Assembly (NCBI GenBank): GCA_039806065.1
Contig: JBDKJS010000124.1
Location: 1-46,304 of the forward strand
DNA from: Bacteroidota bacterium
GTDB taxonomy: Bacteria; Bacteroidota; Bacteroidia; AKYH767-A; 2013-40CM-41-45
Reading direction: 5' to 3'
DNA: 46,304 bases
The notes below the pieces were generated by a model. That model made no database searches and was not told the DNA's origin. It saw only the letters and a program-made list of their open reading frames with translations. The first letter of the stretch is position 1. Every line of letters starts with the position of its first letter. The translations under genes and the position numbers were made by a program. Shown piece after piece: positions 28,499 to 36,680 of this stretch.

Positions 28499-29344
28499 TT
28501 ATTGATAAACTTTAAAGTGCTCCATGTCTATAACAGCATCCTTGGCTTGCATATGTAGCAGAGGTGTAGTGCCATAGTAGGATGCCCACCCCGAGAAGGT
28601 GCTTGGAGGGCCAATGATGTAGTTGCAAGAGGTGAGGCAAATAATATCCTCAATAGGTTCTCCGTTTGAAAAAATAATTTTATGATCGGGGAAATCTTTA
28701 GGAGTTATTTTTTCATTACTCGCAATGATAAACACCACAGATTTGTGCGGATGTTTAGCTGCAAATTGATCCATCCAAGTTTTATAATTTTCCAATGTGA
28801 AATAGTATTTCCCCCCTTCAAATTTCTCATAGTCTCCCTTACGAATGTGCACACCACAGTAAATAAATTTGCTCTTATCTAAATTTAAGTTTGTAATTTT
28901 TGTAAAGTAATTTTTTTTAGGGGATAGGTGATTGGCTATAGTAGTTTGGTGTTTGGCTAGGAGTGAATGGTTCCTGAATCCCCATCCGGAAATTAAGTGA
29001 TATTTTTTTGAATCAAAATTAGAAGCATCCAATTCCACGGTTTTATCCCAGCTATCTATATAATGTACTTTGAATCCAGGCAGATTAAGTTTGGTTACTT
29101 TATACCAGGCTATAATTATTTTTGAAATGAACAAGAAGGTGAAAGCCGCACTCCGGCTCCATTTTTTAGTTGTATTAAAACTTGGTAAAACTTGGTGGTT
29201 ACTATTTTCAAAGTATGATTGATAATCTATGAACGCAAAATTATACAGTTCGAAATCATATTCTTTTGCAAATCCAATGAAGTGGGCATACAAAAAAAGT
29301 CTGTTGCCAAGTTGCCCCTTCTTATCTGTTATAAATATTGACAT
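28499..29344 (-). CDS. GT11-like glycosyltransferase (putative alpha-1,2-fucosyltransferase)
   Basis: GQLGNRLFLYA start, GVHIRKGDY (vs the GT11 HxRRGDY motif) and PPSTFSGWASYYG (vs STFSWWAAYL). Confidence 0.6.
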   Translation of the reverse strand: MSIFITDKKGQLGNRLFLYAHFIGFAKEYDFELYNFAFIDYQSYFENSNHQVLPSFNTTKKWSRSAAFTFLFISKIIIAWYKVTKLNLPGFKVHYIDSWDKTVELDASNFDSKKYHLISGWGFRNHSLLAKHQTTIANHLSPKKNYFTKITNLNLDKSKFIYCGVHIRKGDYEKFEGGKYYFTLENYKTWMDQFAAKHPHKSVVFIIASNEKITPKDFPDHKIIFSNGEPIEDIICLTSCNYIIGPPSTFSGWASYYGTTPLLHMQAKDAVIDMEHFKVYQ

Positions 29345-29364
29345 CTCTATTGAATCATTATTTA

Positions 29365-29372
29365 CAAATATA
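29365..29372 (-). promoter_or_regulatory. Candidate -7 box TATATTTG upstream of the GT11-like / FkbM / class I methyltransferase operon
   Basis: Matches TAnnTTTG on the minus strand, about 20 nt upstream of the ATG at 29344. Confidence 0.35.
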
Positions 29373-29428
29373 GTAGAAATATAGGGTTAGATTGCTTTTA
29401 TTTGTTCCATAAAATTGAATTAATAGCT

Positions 29429-30607
29429 GTGAAAATTATTTACTATGTTAATCATTTAGAGCAATCAGCTGGTGGTATCAGGCAATATGCTTTGGGAATT
29501 TTACGGTCTATTGTAAATTTAAAACAGCATCACTTTTATATTTATGGCAATGCAAATGATGTTGAATTGATTCAAATAGCTTGTGCCAATGACAATGTTA
29601 CGCTGATCAGTAATGAGCCCGGTCTGGTAGAGCGTTTTTATTTTGCGCTATGGCGTGCTATTTCTTTTTTTCAACGTAGAATTTTTCCCGAATTAAAAAT
29701 CCCAATTGTAAATCATATAAATAGTAAAGTGAATCGATTAAAGATTGATATTTTACATTGCCCCTATCAATACACTCCCGAATCAGATTGTAAAACCATC
29801 TGTACCATGCATGATGTGCAAGAACTCCTGTTTCCTGAGTATTTTACCCCTGAAGAAAGAAGTTTGAGGGCCGTAAGCTATGCTGATTATATAAAAAGAG
29901 CCCATACGGTAGTTACCAGTTACGATTTTATTAAAAATGATTTGATGAAATTTTTTAGGCTTCCTCATTCAAAGGTGGCAGTGTGCCTGATGGATATGGG
30001 TGCAATATGGAGCAAGGAGGAGGTTGAGTTATTTGAAAAATTAGATACTAGTGCAAATGGCGAAGGGGAATTTATTTTGTACGCTGCAAATACTTGGCCA
30101 CATAAAAACCATGTTAATCTACTGAAGGCTATCCGTCAATTGAAAGATGAAGGAAAGGTGGTGAAGTTAATTTGCACTGGGCACCAGACACCGTATTATA
30201 ATGAAGTTATATTCCCACTAATTAACTCATTGAAATTAGAAGATCAAGTGAAGTTTTTGGGGCTGGTGCCGCGTAAAAAATTGCTCGAATTTTATAAGTT
30301 TTGTAGATTAGTAGTGGTACCTACAAAATATGAAGCTGGAAGCTTTCCACTGATGGAGGCGGTATCATTAGGGGTTCCTGTAATTTGTTCAGCAGTAACC
30401 AGTCTTCCTAGTGTGCTGAGATTTAATTCGTACATGTTCAATCCTAATGATGTGGGCGAGATAGCCATTAAGTTGAATCACTTTTTAAGTAATCCTCAAG
30501 CTTTGGAATCCAATGCCAAAGATTCAAAAGAAAGTGGTAAGCTAATTTATGACAATAAAGCTGGTGCTGTTATGAATTCCATTTATCAATCGATGGTGAG
30601 TGGCTAA
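29429..30607 (+). CDS. GT4-family (GT-B fold) glycosyltransferase
   Basis: The GTG at 29429 gives MKIIYYVNHLEQSAGGI. The C-terminal half carries a GT1/GT4 E-x7-E-like region (VVVPTKYEAGSFPLMEAVSLGVPVICS). Confidence 0.8.
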   Translation: MKIIYYVNHLEQSAGGIRQYALGILRSIVNLKQHHFYIYGNANDVELIQIACANDNVTLISNEPGLVERFYFALWRAISFFQRRIFPELKIPIVNHINSKVNRLKIDILHCPYQYTPESDCKTICTMHDVQELLFPEYFTPEERSLRAVSYADYIKRAHTVVTSYDFIKNDLMKFFRLPHSKVAVCLMDMGAIWSKEEVELFEKLDTSANGEGEFILYAANTWPHKNHVNLLKAIRQLKDEGKVVKLICTGHQTPYYNEVIFPLINSLKLEDQVKFLGLVPRKKLLEFYKFCRLVVVPTKYEAGSFPLMEAVSLGVPVICSAVTSLPSVLRFNSYMFNPNDVGEIAIKLNHFLSNPQALESNAKDSKESGKLIYDNKAGAVMNSIYQSMVSG

Positions 30608-31533
30608 AGTTTGGAAATGCTTTGGTCAACTACATTCTGTATAGGTAAACCTTTGATACAGGCTAATCCTGCTTTCTGATCTAGATAGGTAAGCTCACCG
30701 GATTGATTTCTCGACTCTCGGAACCGTGCCATTACAGCCCCTTCTTGAGCACTGATTTGCTTTAGATTCTTAGCCTTCGATTCCTTTACAAAGTACGCAT
30801 TATTACCATTGCTATTGGTACCAATAAAAATATAGCCTTTGGTAGCTGCTAAATGAATAAGGGCACTTATGGAACATCCAAAATATAAATTAGAGTAGTG
30901 CGCAACCTTCCTTTGAAAATTAGGTTCATAGGGTATGCTTGCAGGGTTTTCAATTCCAAAAACGCTGTTGTATTCAACAATTACTATCGTAGGATCTATA
31001 GTGTTGATAGATTCCCAAATCCAATAATCATTTCCATCAATATCAATGTGAAGTAGGTCTATATCGTTTGCAAATCCATTTTCAGTGATGATACGATTGA
31101 TGTTTTCACAGGTAACAAAATGGGTAAGGGCAGTAAGATCATATTTCCAGAAATAATAACTGTTTTTAATTTGATGGATATTTGTTTCGCTGCCATCAAT
31201 CACTAATCCTTTCCAATTATTGTTCATCAATAAAAAACGAGTGTTGGATTCAGTATAATTTTCTACCCCAAACTCCATGAAGGTGCCATTTTTCAATCCT
31301 AAGTAATAGGTTAAAAACTGAATGATTCCATCATCGCCCCATTGCGAGAAAACACTAAATTCAGCACAATGAATATTGGCTACACATTGATCAGCCTTCT
31401 CTATCACTTGGTTGGTGAGTGATTTGCCAATCAATAACTTTGATTTTTCAATATTGTATTCTAATTCAAAAAGCTTAGAGTTAACTGATTGGTCAATAAA
31501 TATTGATTTAATACTTTTTATAATTCCTTTCAT
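30604..31533 (-). CDS. FkbM-like methyltransferase-fold protein (divergent)
   Basis: FSQWGDDGII, FMEFGVENYTESNTRFLLMNNNWKGLVIDGS (a motif I-like segment) and IDLLHIDIDGNDYWIWESI resemble the FkbM layout, but weakly. Confidence 0.45.
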   Translation of the reverse strand: MKGIIKSIKSIFIDQSVNSKLFELEYNIEKSKLLIGKSLTNQVIEKADQCVANIHCAEFSVFSQWGDDGIIQFLTYYLGLKNGTFMEFGVENYTESNTRFLLMNNNWKGLVIDGSETNIHQIKNSYYFWKYDLTALTHFVTCENINRIITENGFANDIDLLHIDIDGNDYWIWESINTIDPTIVIVEYNSVFGIENPASIPYEPNFQRKVAHYSNLYFGCSISALIHLAATKGYIFIGTNSNGNNAYFVKESKAKNLKQISAQEGAVMARFRESRNQSGELTYLDQKAGLACIKGLPIQNVVDQSISKL

Positions 31534-32420
31534 TATTTAAATAAATTAATTAGCCTTGACCAAGCCCTACTTGCCACCGAGTCATTTTTTATGGCCAGGT
31601 GGTTAAGAAGTTTGTTGTACAAATGTATATCAATTGTTTTTGGATGCGAAAAATTGAATGGTATTTGACCAAAACTAGTAGCAGTAGAGGGGTCATAATG
31701 GTTAGTTTTAGAATGATCGGCCCCATCATTCATCACTAATGATTGGGATGGAAACACTCCTAGACCATTTGTTACAAAATTATAGTGATACCATCTGATC
31801 CCCCAACTTTTTTCTATTGGGAATTCAAGCATACCAGCAAAATTAAATTTGCCTAAATTGTATCTTTGAATCAAAGGTGGATCAAGATTTACCAGAAGTG
31901 GTTGGTCTAAGAACTCTTTAAACTCCATCCAGTGTTTACGCCAAGTGGCCCAGCCCCATGATGAGGTTAATGGCAATAGTACTCCATTTTTATAAGCCAT
32001 ATTCAATGGGAACATGTACCCATTTACTGATTTAATCTGATAAGAATCTTTAAAATAATTGAGGTAATAATTCATATAATTTAAAAATTCTGGATCAAAA
32101 ACTAGGTCATCTTCAAGTACTATAACACTATCATATTGTTCTAATAATTTATCAATACCGGCAATGATAGATTTACCTAATCCTTGATTGGTCTCATTGA
32201 GAGCAATTACTTGGTGTGGGGCCCACTGTTTGTTGATGACTGCTTTTACTTGTGAAATAGCTGCTAAATCAGCAGGTGAGGCACCAGCAGTAGGGCCATC
32301 AGCAAAAATATATAATGGATAATTTTTAAAACCTTCATTTTTTGAAATAGATTCCAGGCAAATAGTGGTTTTGTCTGGTCTTTTATATACAAAAAGGGCT
32401 ATTGCAATACTGATGCTCAT
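31533..32420 (-). CDS. GT-A-fold glycosyltransferase (GnT-I-like)
   Basis: IALFVYKRPDKT...IVLEDDLVF (an acidic DxD-type motif) and SSWGWATWRKHW. Confidence 0.5.
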   Translation of the reverse strand: MSISIAIALFVYKRPDKTTICLESISKNEGFKNYPLYIFADGPTAGASPADLAAISQVKAVINKQWAPHQVIALNETNQGLGKSIIAGIDKLLEQYDSVIVLEDDLVFDPEFLNYMNYYLNYFKDSYQIKSVNGYMFPLNMAYKNGVLLPLTSSWGWATWRKHWMEFKEFLDQPLLVNLDPPLIQRYNLGKFNFAGMLEFPIEKSWGIRWYHYNFVTNGLGVFPSQSLVMNDGADHSKTNHYDPSTATSFGQIPFNFSHPKTIDIHLYNKLLNHLAIKNDSVASRAWSRLINLFK

Positions 32421-32449
32421 CTAAACAAGTAAAAAGAAATATTCGCACT

Positions 32450-32457
32450 CAAATATA
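32450..32457 (-). promoter_or_regulatory. Candidate -7 box TATATTTG upstream of the GT-A / FkbM-like operon
   Basis: Matches TAnnTTTG on the minus strand, 29 nt upstream of the ATG at 32420. A 9-nt homopolymer tract (32459-32467) lies immediately upstream of it. Confidence 0.35.
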
Positions 32458-32556
32458 ATTTTTTTTTCAATAGTTGTTCGGAACAGGTGTGGCTTAATAT
32501 AAGTAACTTAAAATCATAGCCTTCGTATATTTTATATTGTACAAACAATATCCAGA

Positions 32557-35500
32557 ATGAGCATTATGAATAGATTATTTAAAGCATCGCCTAATTTTTT
32601 ATTATATCGAGTAGCCTTGGCTATTTTTCTGGTTATAGGTATTGGGCCTATGTATGGCCAATGCCCAACTGCTGGTTACAACATAGCCGGTGGAGCCTGT
32701 GCTGGTCAGGCAGTTAATTTCAATAATGGATCGGTTGGGGCAACAAGCTATCAGTGGAATTTTTGCGGTGGCGCACTCACCAATGGAACAAGGTTTGGTA
32801 CCACTTTAAACAATACAACTATCAATAGCCCCTATGCAGCTACTCCTGTTTTTGATGGATCAGGGAAGTATATATTTACTATTAATGATGGAAACGCCAC
32901 CATCACTCGAATGGAGTTTGGTAATAGTTATGACAATGTGCCCACTGAAACAAATTTAGGCAATCCGGATAATAACCTTTCTTCACCACAGCGGTCAAAT
33001 TTATCTTTTGTGAATGACAATGGAAATTGGTATGCAGCCACTCCAACCTTTTCTAATGGAACGGTAGTGGTTTATAGCTTTGGAAATAATTTAATGAATG
33101 CACCAACCAGTATTGCACATAGTTTTCCAAGTTTAGCAGGGAATGCCCGCTACTGTAATTTTTTTATCGATAATGGAAATTATTATTTACTAGTGGGAAT
33201 GGCTAATTCCTCGATAGAAATAGTAAGTTTTGGAAATAGTATGAGCAATGTGCCTACTTCAGTGAATGTAAGTGTCAATGGTGGCAGTGCTGGTTTAGTT
33301 GCAGATGTGACTGCTGTACGCGATTGCGATAAAATATATGTTTTTGCTGCATCACTTTCGGCTAGCGCTGTTATAAAATTAGAATTTCAAAATGATTTCA
33401 CGGCCGCACCAGTTCAAACCGTATTAACCCCAAGTGGAAATGGATTTGTAAACCCAATAGCTGTATTGGTAGCGCACGATGGATTGAAGTGGAAGGGCTT
33501 GGTGCAAAATTTAGGAGGGGGAATTATAGACATAGATTTCGGAAGTGCTATCGATAATGACAGTCCTGTAAATGCAGCATTTACTTTTAGCGGGGCTGTA
33601 GCAGGAGGTTATGATTTAGCCATGACCATTGATGAAACCAATAATTATTATCTAGTTGCAACAAATTTTGATAATAGCAAAGTAAGCACCATTAAAGTAA
33701 GTAATGGATGTACTGCTTCTATTTATAATTCAACACAGTTAAATCCATCTGTGAATTATCAAAGCTCAGGTACGGTTTACGTTGCTGTTACAGCGTACGA
33801 TTCTCAAGGCAACTCGAATATTTATACAGATAGTTTAGTACTAGCAGCTGTGCCTAACAACAGTTTTACGGCTAATAATTTATGCTTCGGTGATTTATCA
33901 CAATTTGTAAATAGCACCACCATTAGTTCGGGAAGTATCAATAGTTTCAAATGGTACTTTGGCGACAATGATTCCTCTTCAGCCATCAATCCTAGCCATA
34001 CCTATGGTAGCACAGGCGCTTATAATGTAACACTTATAGCAGTTTCAGATGCAGGTTGTACTGATACGCTCACTGCCGTGATAGGCATATCTTCAAAACC
34101 ATCGGCAGCTTTTATTTTTAGTGCAGCTTGTGCTGGATCGGCCATCAATTTTACTGATAATTCTACTATTGGCGCAGGTACTATAGCGCAGTGGTTTTGG
34201 CAATTTGGTAATGGAGATACAGCCATTGATCAAAATCCAGTTTACTTGTATCCTTTAGGTGGAAGTTATAGTGTGCAGTTAACCGTTACGTCTGATAGTG
34301 GATGTACAGCTTCCAATAATAGCCCGATCACCATAGCACCCACACCTGAGGTGTCATTTAATGTTACCAATACCTGTGTTGGGCAAACAGTGCAATTTGT
34401 AAATGCTACAACTTCCGTTTCACCTATTATTGGTTATGATTGGGACTTTGGTGATAGCAATACAGCATCAACCCAAAATCCAACACATTCGTATGGTGCT
34501 ATTCAGGCCAACTATCAAGTAATGTGTGTGGCTACTGCTGCTAATGGTTGTATAGATACATTATTGAAAGAAATTAGAATAAGTAATATTCCATCGCCAG
34601 CATTTACTACTCAATCAGTAAATTTATGTGAAGGCAATGTGGTAAACTTTATAGATCAATCAAGTGTGCTGAACGACACCATATCAGGATGGTTGTGGAA
34701 TTTTGGAGATGGCCAAACAGATACCGTTCAAAATCCATCGCATATATATGCTAATGCAGGAAGTTACAATGTTTCCTTAATTGCTTTTTCACCCACCAGC
34801 TGTGGCAATGGTATTATCACCCCAATTACAGTAAGAGAAAGTCCTGATGCAGGTATCACATCTATCAATGTTTGTCTGGGTGCCATTACGCAATTTACCG
34901 ATGCTTCAATTCCAGCTGCAGGAAGCATTTTGACAGATTATTTATGGATGCTTGAGGACACCAATGTGTCTACCTTCCCAAATCCTCAATATTTATATGG
35001 AGCCACTGGAAGTTATCATGTTACACTAATGGTAACAGATAACTTCGGATGCACCAACACAGATTCTACCACAGTTTCTGTTTACCCCAACCCACAGGCT
35101 TCATTCACTGCCAGTAACACTTGTAGTAATTTATTTAGTAATTTTTTAAGCACGGCAATAGTAGATAGCGGATCTAGTATTGCAAGCTATGCATGGAACT
35201 TTGGTGATCCGGCAAGTGGTAGCAGTAATTTTAGCTCAACTATCAATCCTTCCCATGTGTATACTGATACTTCCACAAGAGTAGTTTCATTAATTGTAAC
35301 AACCAATTTTGGTTGCCTTGATACAGTTATTAATATAATAAGCGTTAAACCAAGTGCTGTTCCCAATTTTCAATACACACCTACTTGCTTTGGGTCGTTG
35401 ATGTCGTTCACTAATTTAACAACGGGTGCGCCTGATACGGCTTGGGTATGGAATTTTGGTGATACACAGTTCAATCAACTTGAAAATCCAGCGCATTATT

Positions 35501-36678
35501 ATGCATTTCCCGGAACGTATAATGTTACCTTAACGGTTACAGCCAATACTGGGTGCGTGGGTAGTATTTCTAAGCAAGTAGAAGTATCGCCCATACCTGA
35601 TGCAAGGTTTTCTACCCAACCCTATTGTGTGGGAAATAGTTATTCGCTTTACGATTCTTCAGTTATCAATAACGGTGCAATTACACAATGGAAGTGGAGT
35701 ATCAATGGTATAGACACTTCAGGTCTTCAAAATCCTAGTTTTTTCTTTGGTGACACGGGCTCTTACGTTGTCCAATTGTTAGTTACGTCAGATATAGGTT
35801 GTAAAGATTCTATTTCTAAAATTATACAAGTATTCGAATTACCCAATGTAAATTTCACCTTCACCCCGCAATTTGGTAATCCTCCACTCTTAGTAGCCTT
35901 TAGTAATGCAACCATCAATGGCAATACCTATCAATGGCATTTCGGAGATGGTGGAAGCAGCGGTTCCATTAATCCTCAGCATTTGTATCAAGATACAGGT
36001 CGGTTCGATATTCAACTTATTGCTACCAGCATTCACAATTGCATTGATAGCCTGACTAAGAAAATATATGTAATTAAACCAATTTTGGACATTGCTATAT
36101 TGAACACCACATACCGGATAGAGAATAATTTATTATACATCAATGCCGAGGTGGCTAATTTAGGCACGCGCGATATTAATAGCTATAAAATGGAAGCAAG
36201 AGTTGATGGTGGTTCATCATTACAAGAATCAGTTATTTCACTTTTACCCAATGGGCCTGCAGGAGTAGCAATGTATAATTTTACAGCAGCATTACAAATA
36301 CCACAAGGTGTAACGGTAGGTTATTACTGTGTGAATGCGCTCCTTCCCAATGATCAAGCCGATGATGTGGAGTTGAATAATGTAGCATGTGAAAGTTTTG
36401 ATCAAAAGTTTGTGGTAGTGTCGCCATACCCAAATCCATTTACCGATCAAATATTGATTCAATCAATTTTACCTTTCGAAGATGATCTACAGTTAGAATT
36501 GTACAATACATTGGGCCAGGTGGTGGTTAGTGCATCTTTTAATGGAAACGCTGGATTAAATAGTTTTGCTATCGATGGCACTGTGCTTAATTCTGGCATT
36601 TATTTTTTACGATGCAGCTTTAGAGACAATGAAGCGGTGATTACAAAACAGATCGTGAAAATGAATCCTAGCAAATAA
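32557..36678 (+). CDS. T9SS cargo: 1373-aa protein with a split PKD domain carrying a six-repeat insert, nine further PKD repeats, a CARDB-like domain and a type-A C-terminal sorting domain
   Basis: Nine repeats follow W.FGDG.....NP.H.Y...G.Y.V.L.....GC.D. The segment DIAILNTTYRIENNLLYINAEVANLGTRDINSYKM resembles CARDB. The C-terminus PYPNPFTDQILIQ...GIYFLRCSF...KQIVKMN resembles a T9SS sorting domain. Confidence 0.9.
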   Translation: MSIMNRLFKASPNFLLYRVALAIFLVIGIGPMYGQCPTAGYNIAGGACAGQAVNFNNGSVGATSYQWNFCGGALTNGTRFGTTLNNTTINSPYAATPVFDGSGKYIFTINDGNATITRMEFGNSYDNVPTETNLGNPDNNLSSPQRSNLSFVNDNGNWYAATPTFSNGTVVVYSFGNNLMNAPTSIAHSFPSLAGNARYCNFFIDNGNYYLLVGMANSSIEIVSFGNSMSNVPTSVNVSVNGGSAGLVADVTAVRDCDKIYVFAASLSASAVIKLEFQNDFTAAPVQTVLTPSGNGFVNPIAVLVAHDGLKWKGLVQNLGGGIIDIDFGSAIDNDSPVNAAFTFSGAVAGGYDLAMTIDETNNYYLVATNFDNSKVSTIKVSNGCTASIYNSTQLNPSVNYQSSGTVYVAVTAYDSQGNSNIYTDSLVLAAVPNNSFTANNLCFGDLSQFVNSTTISSGSINSFKWYFGDNDSSSAINPSHTYGSTGAYNVTLIAVSDAGCTDTLTAVIGISSKPSAAFIFSAACAGSAINFTDNSTIGAGTIAQWFWQFGNGDTAIDQNPVYLYPLGGSYSVQLTVTSDSGCTASNNSPITIAPTPEVSFNVTNTCVGQTVQFVNATTSVSPIIGYDWDFGDSNTASTQNPTHSYGAIQANYQVMCVATAANGCIDTLLKEIRISNIPSPAFTTQSVNLCEGNVVNFIDQSSVLNDTISGWLWNFGDGQTDTVQNPSHIYANAGSYNVSLIAFSPTSCGNGIITPITVRESPDAGITSINVCLGAITQFTDASIPAAGSILTDYLWMLEDTNVSTFPNPQYLYGATGSYHVTLMVTDNFGCTNTDSTTVSVYPNPQASFTASNTCSNLFSNFLSTAIVDSGSSIASYAWNFGDPASGSSNFSSTINPSHVYTDTSTRVVSLIVTTNFGCLDTVINIISVKPSAVPNFQYTPTCFGSLMSFTNLTTGAPDTAWVWNFGDTQFNQLENPAHYYAFPGTYNVTLTVTANTGCVGSISKQVEVSPIPDARFSTQPYCVGNSYSLYDSSVINNGAITQWKWSINGIDTSGLQNPSFFFGDTGSYVVQLLVTSDIGCKDSISKIIQVFELPNVNFTFTPQFGNPPLLVAFSNATINGNTYQWHFGDGGSSGSINPQHLYQDTGRFDIQLIATSIHNCIDSLTKKIYVIKPILDIAILNTTYRIENNLLYINAEVANLGTRDINSYKMEARVDGGSSLQESVISLLPNGPAGVAMYNFTAALQIPQGVTVGYYCVNALLPNDQADDVELNNVACESFDQKFVVVSPYPNPFTDQILIQSILPFEDDLQLELYNTLGQVVVSASFNGNAGLNSFAIDGTVLNSGIYFLRCSFRDNEAVITKQIVKMNPSK
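33853..36080 (+). repeat. Array of nine tandem PKD-domain repeats (about 80-90 aa each)
   Basis: WYFGDND, WQFGNGD, WDFGDSN, WNFGDGQ, WMLEDTN, WNFGDPA, WNFGDTQ, WSINGID and WHFGDGG, each followed by NP.H.Y...G.Y.V. Confidence 0.8.
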
Positions 36679-36680
36679 TT

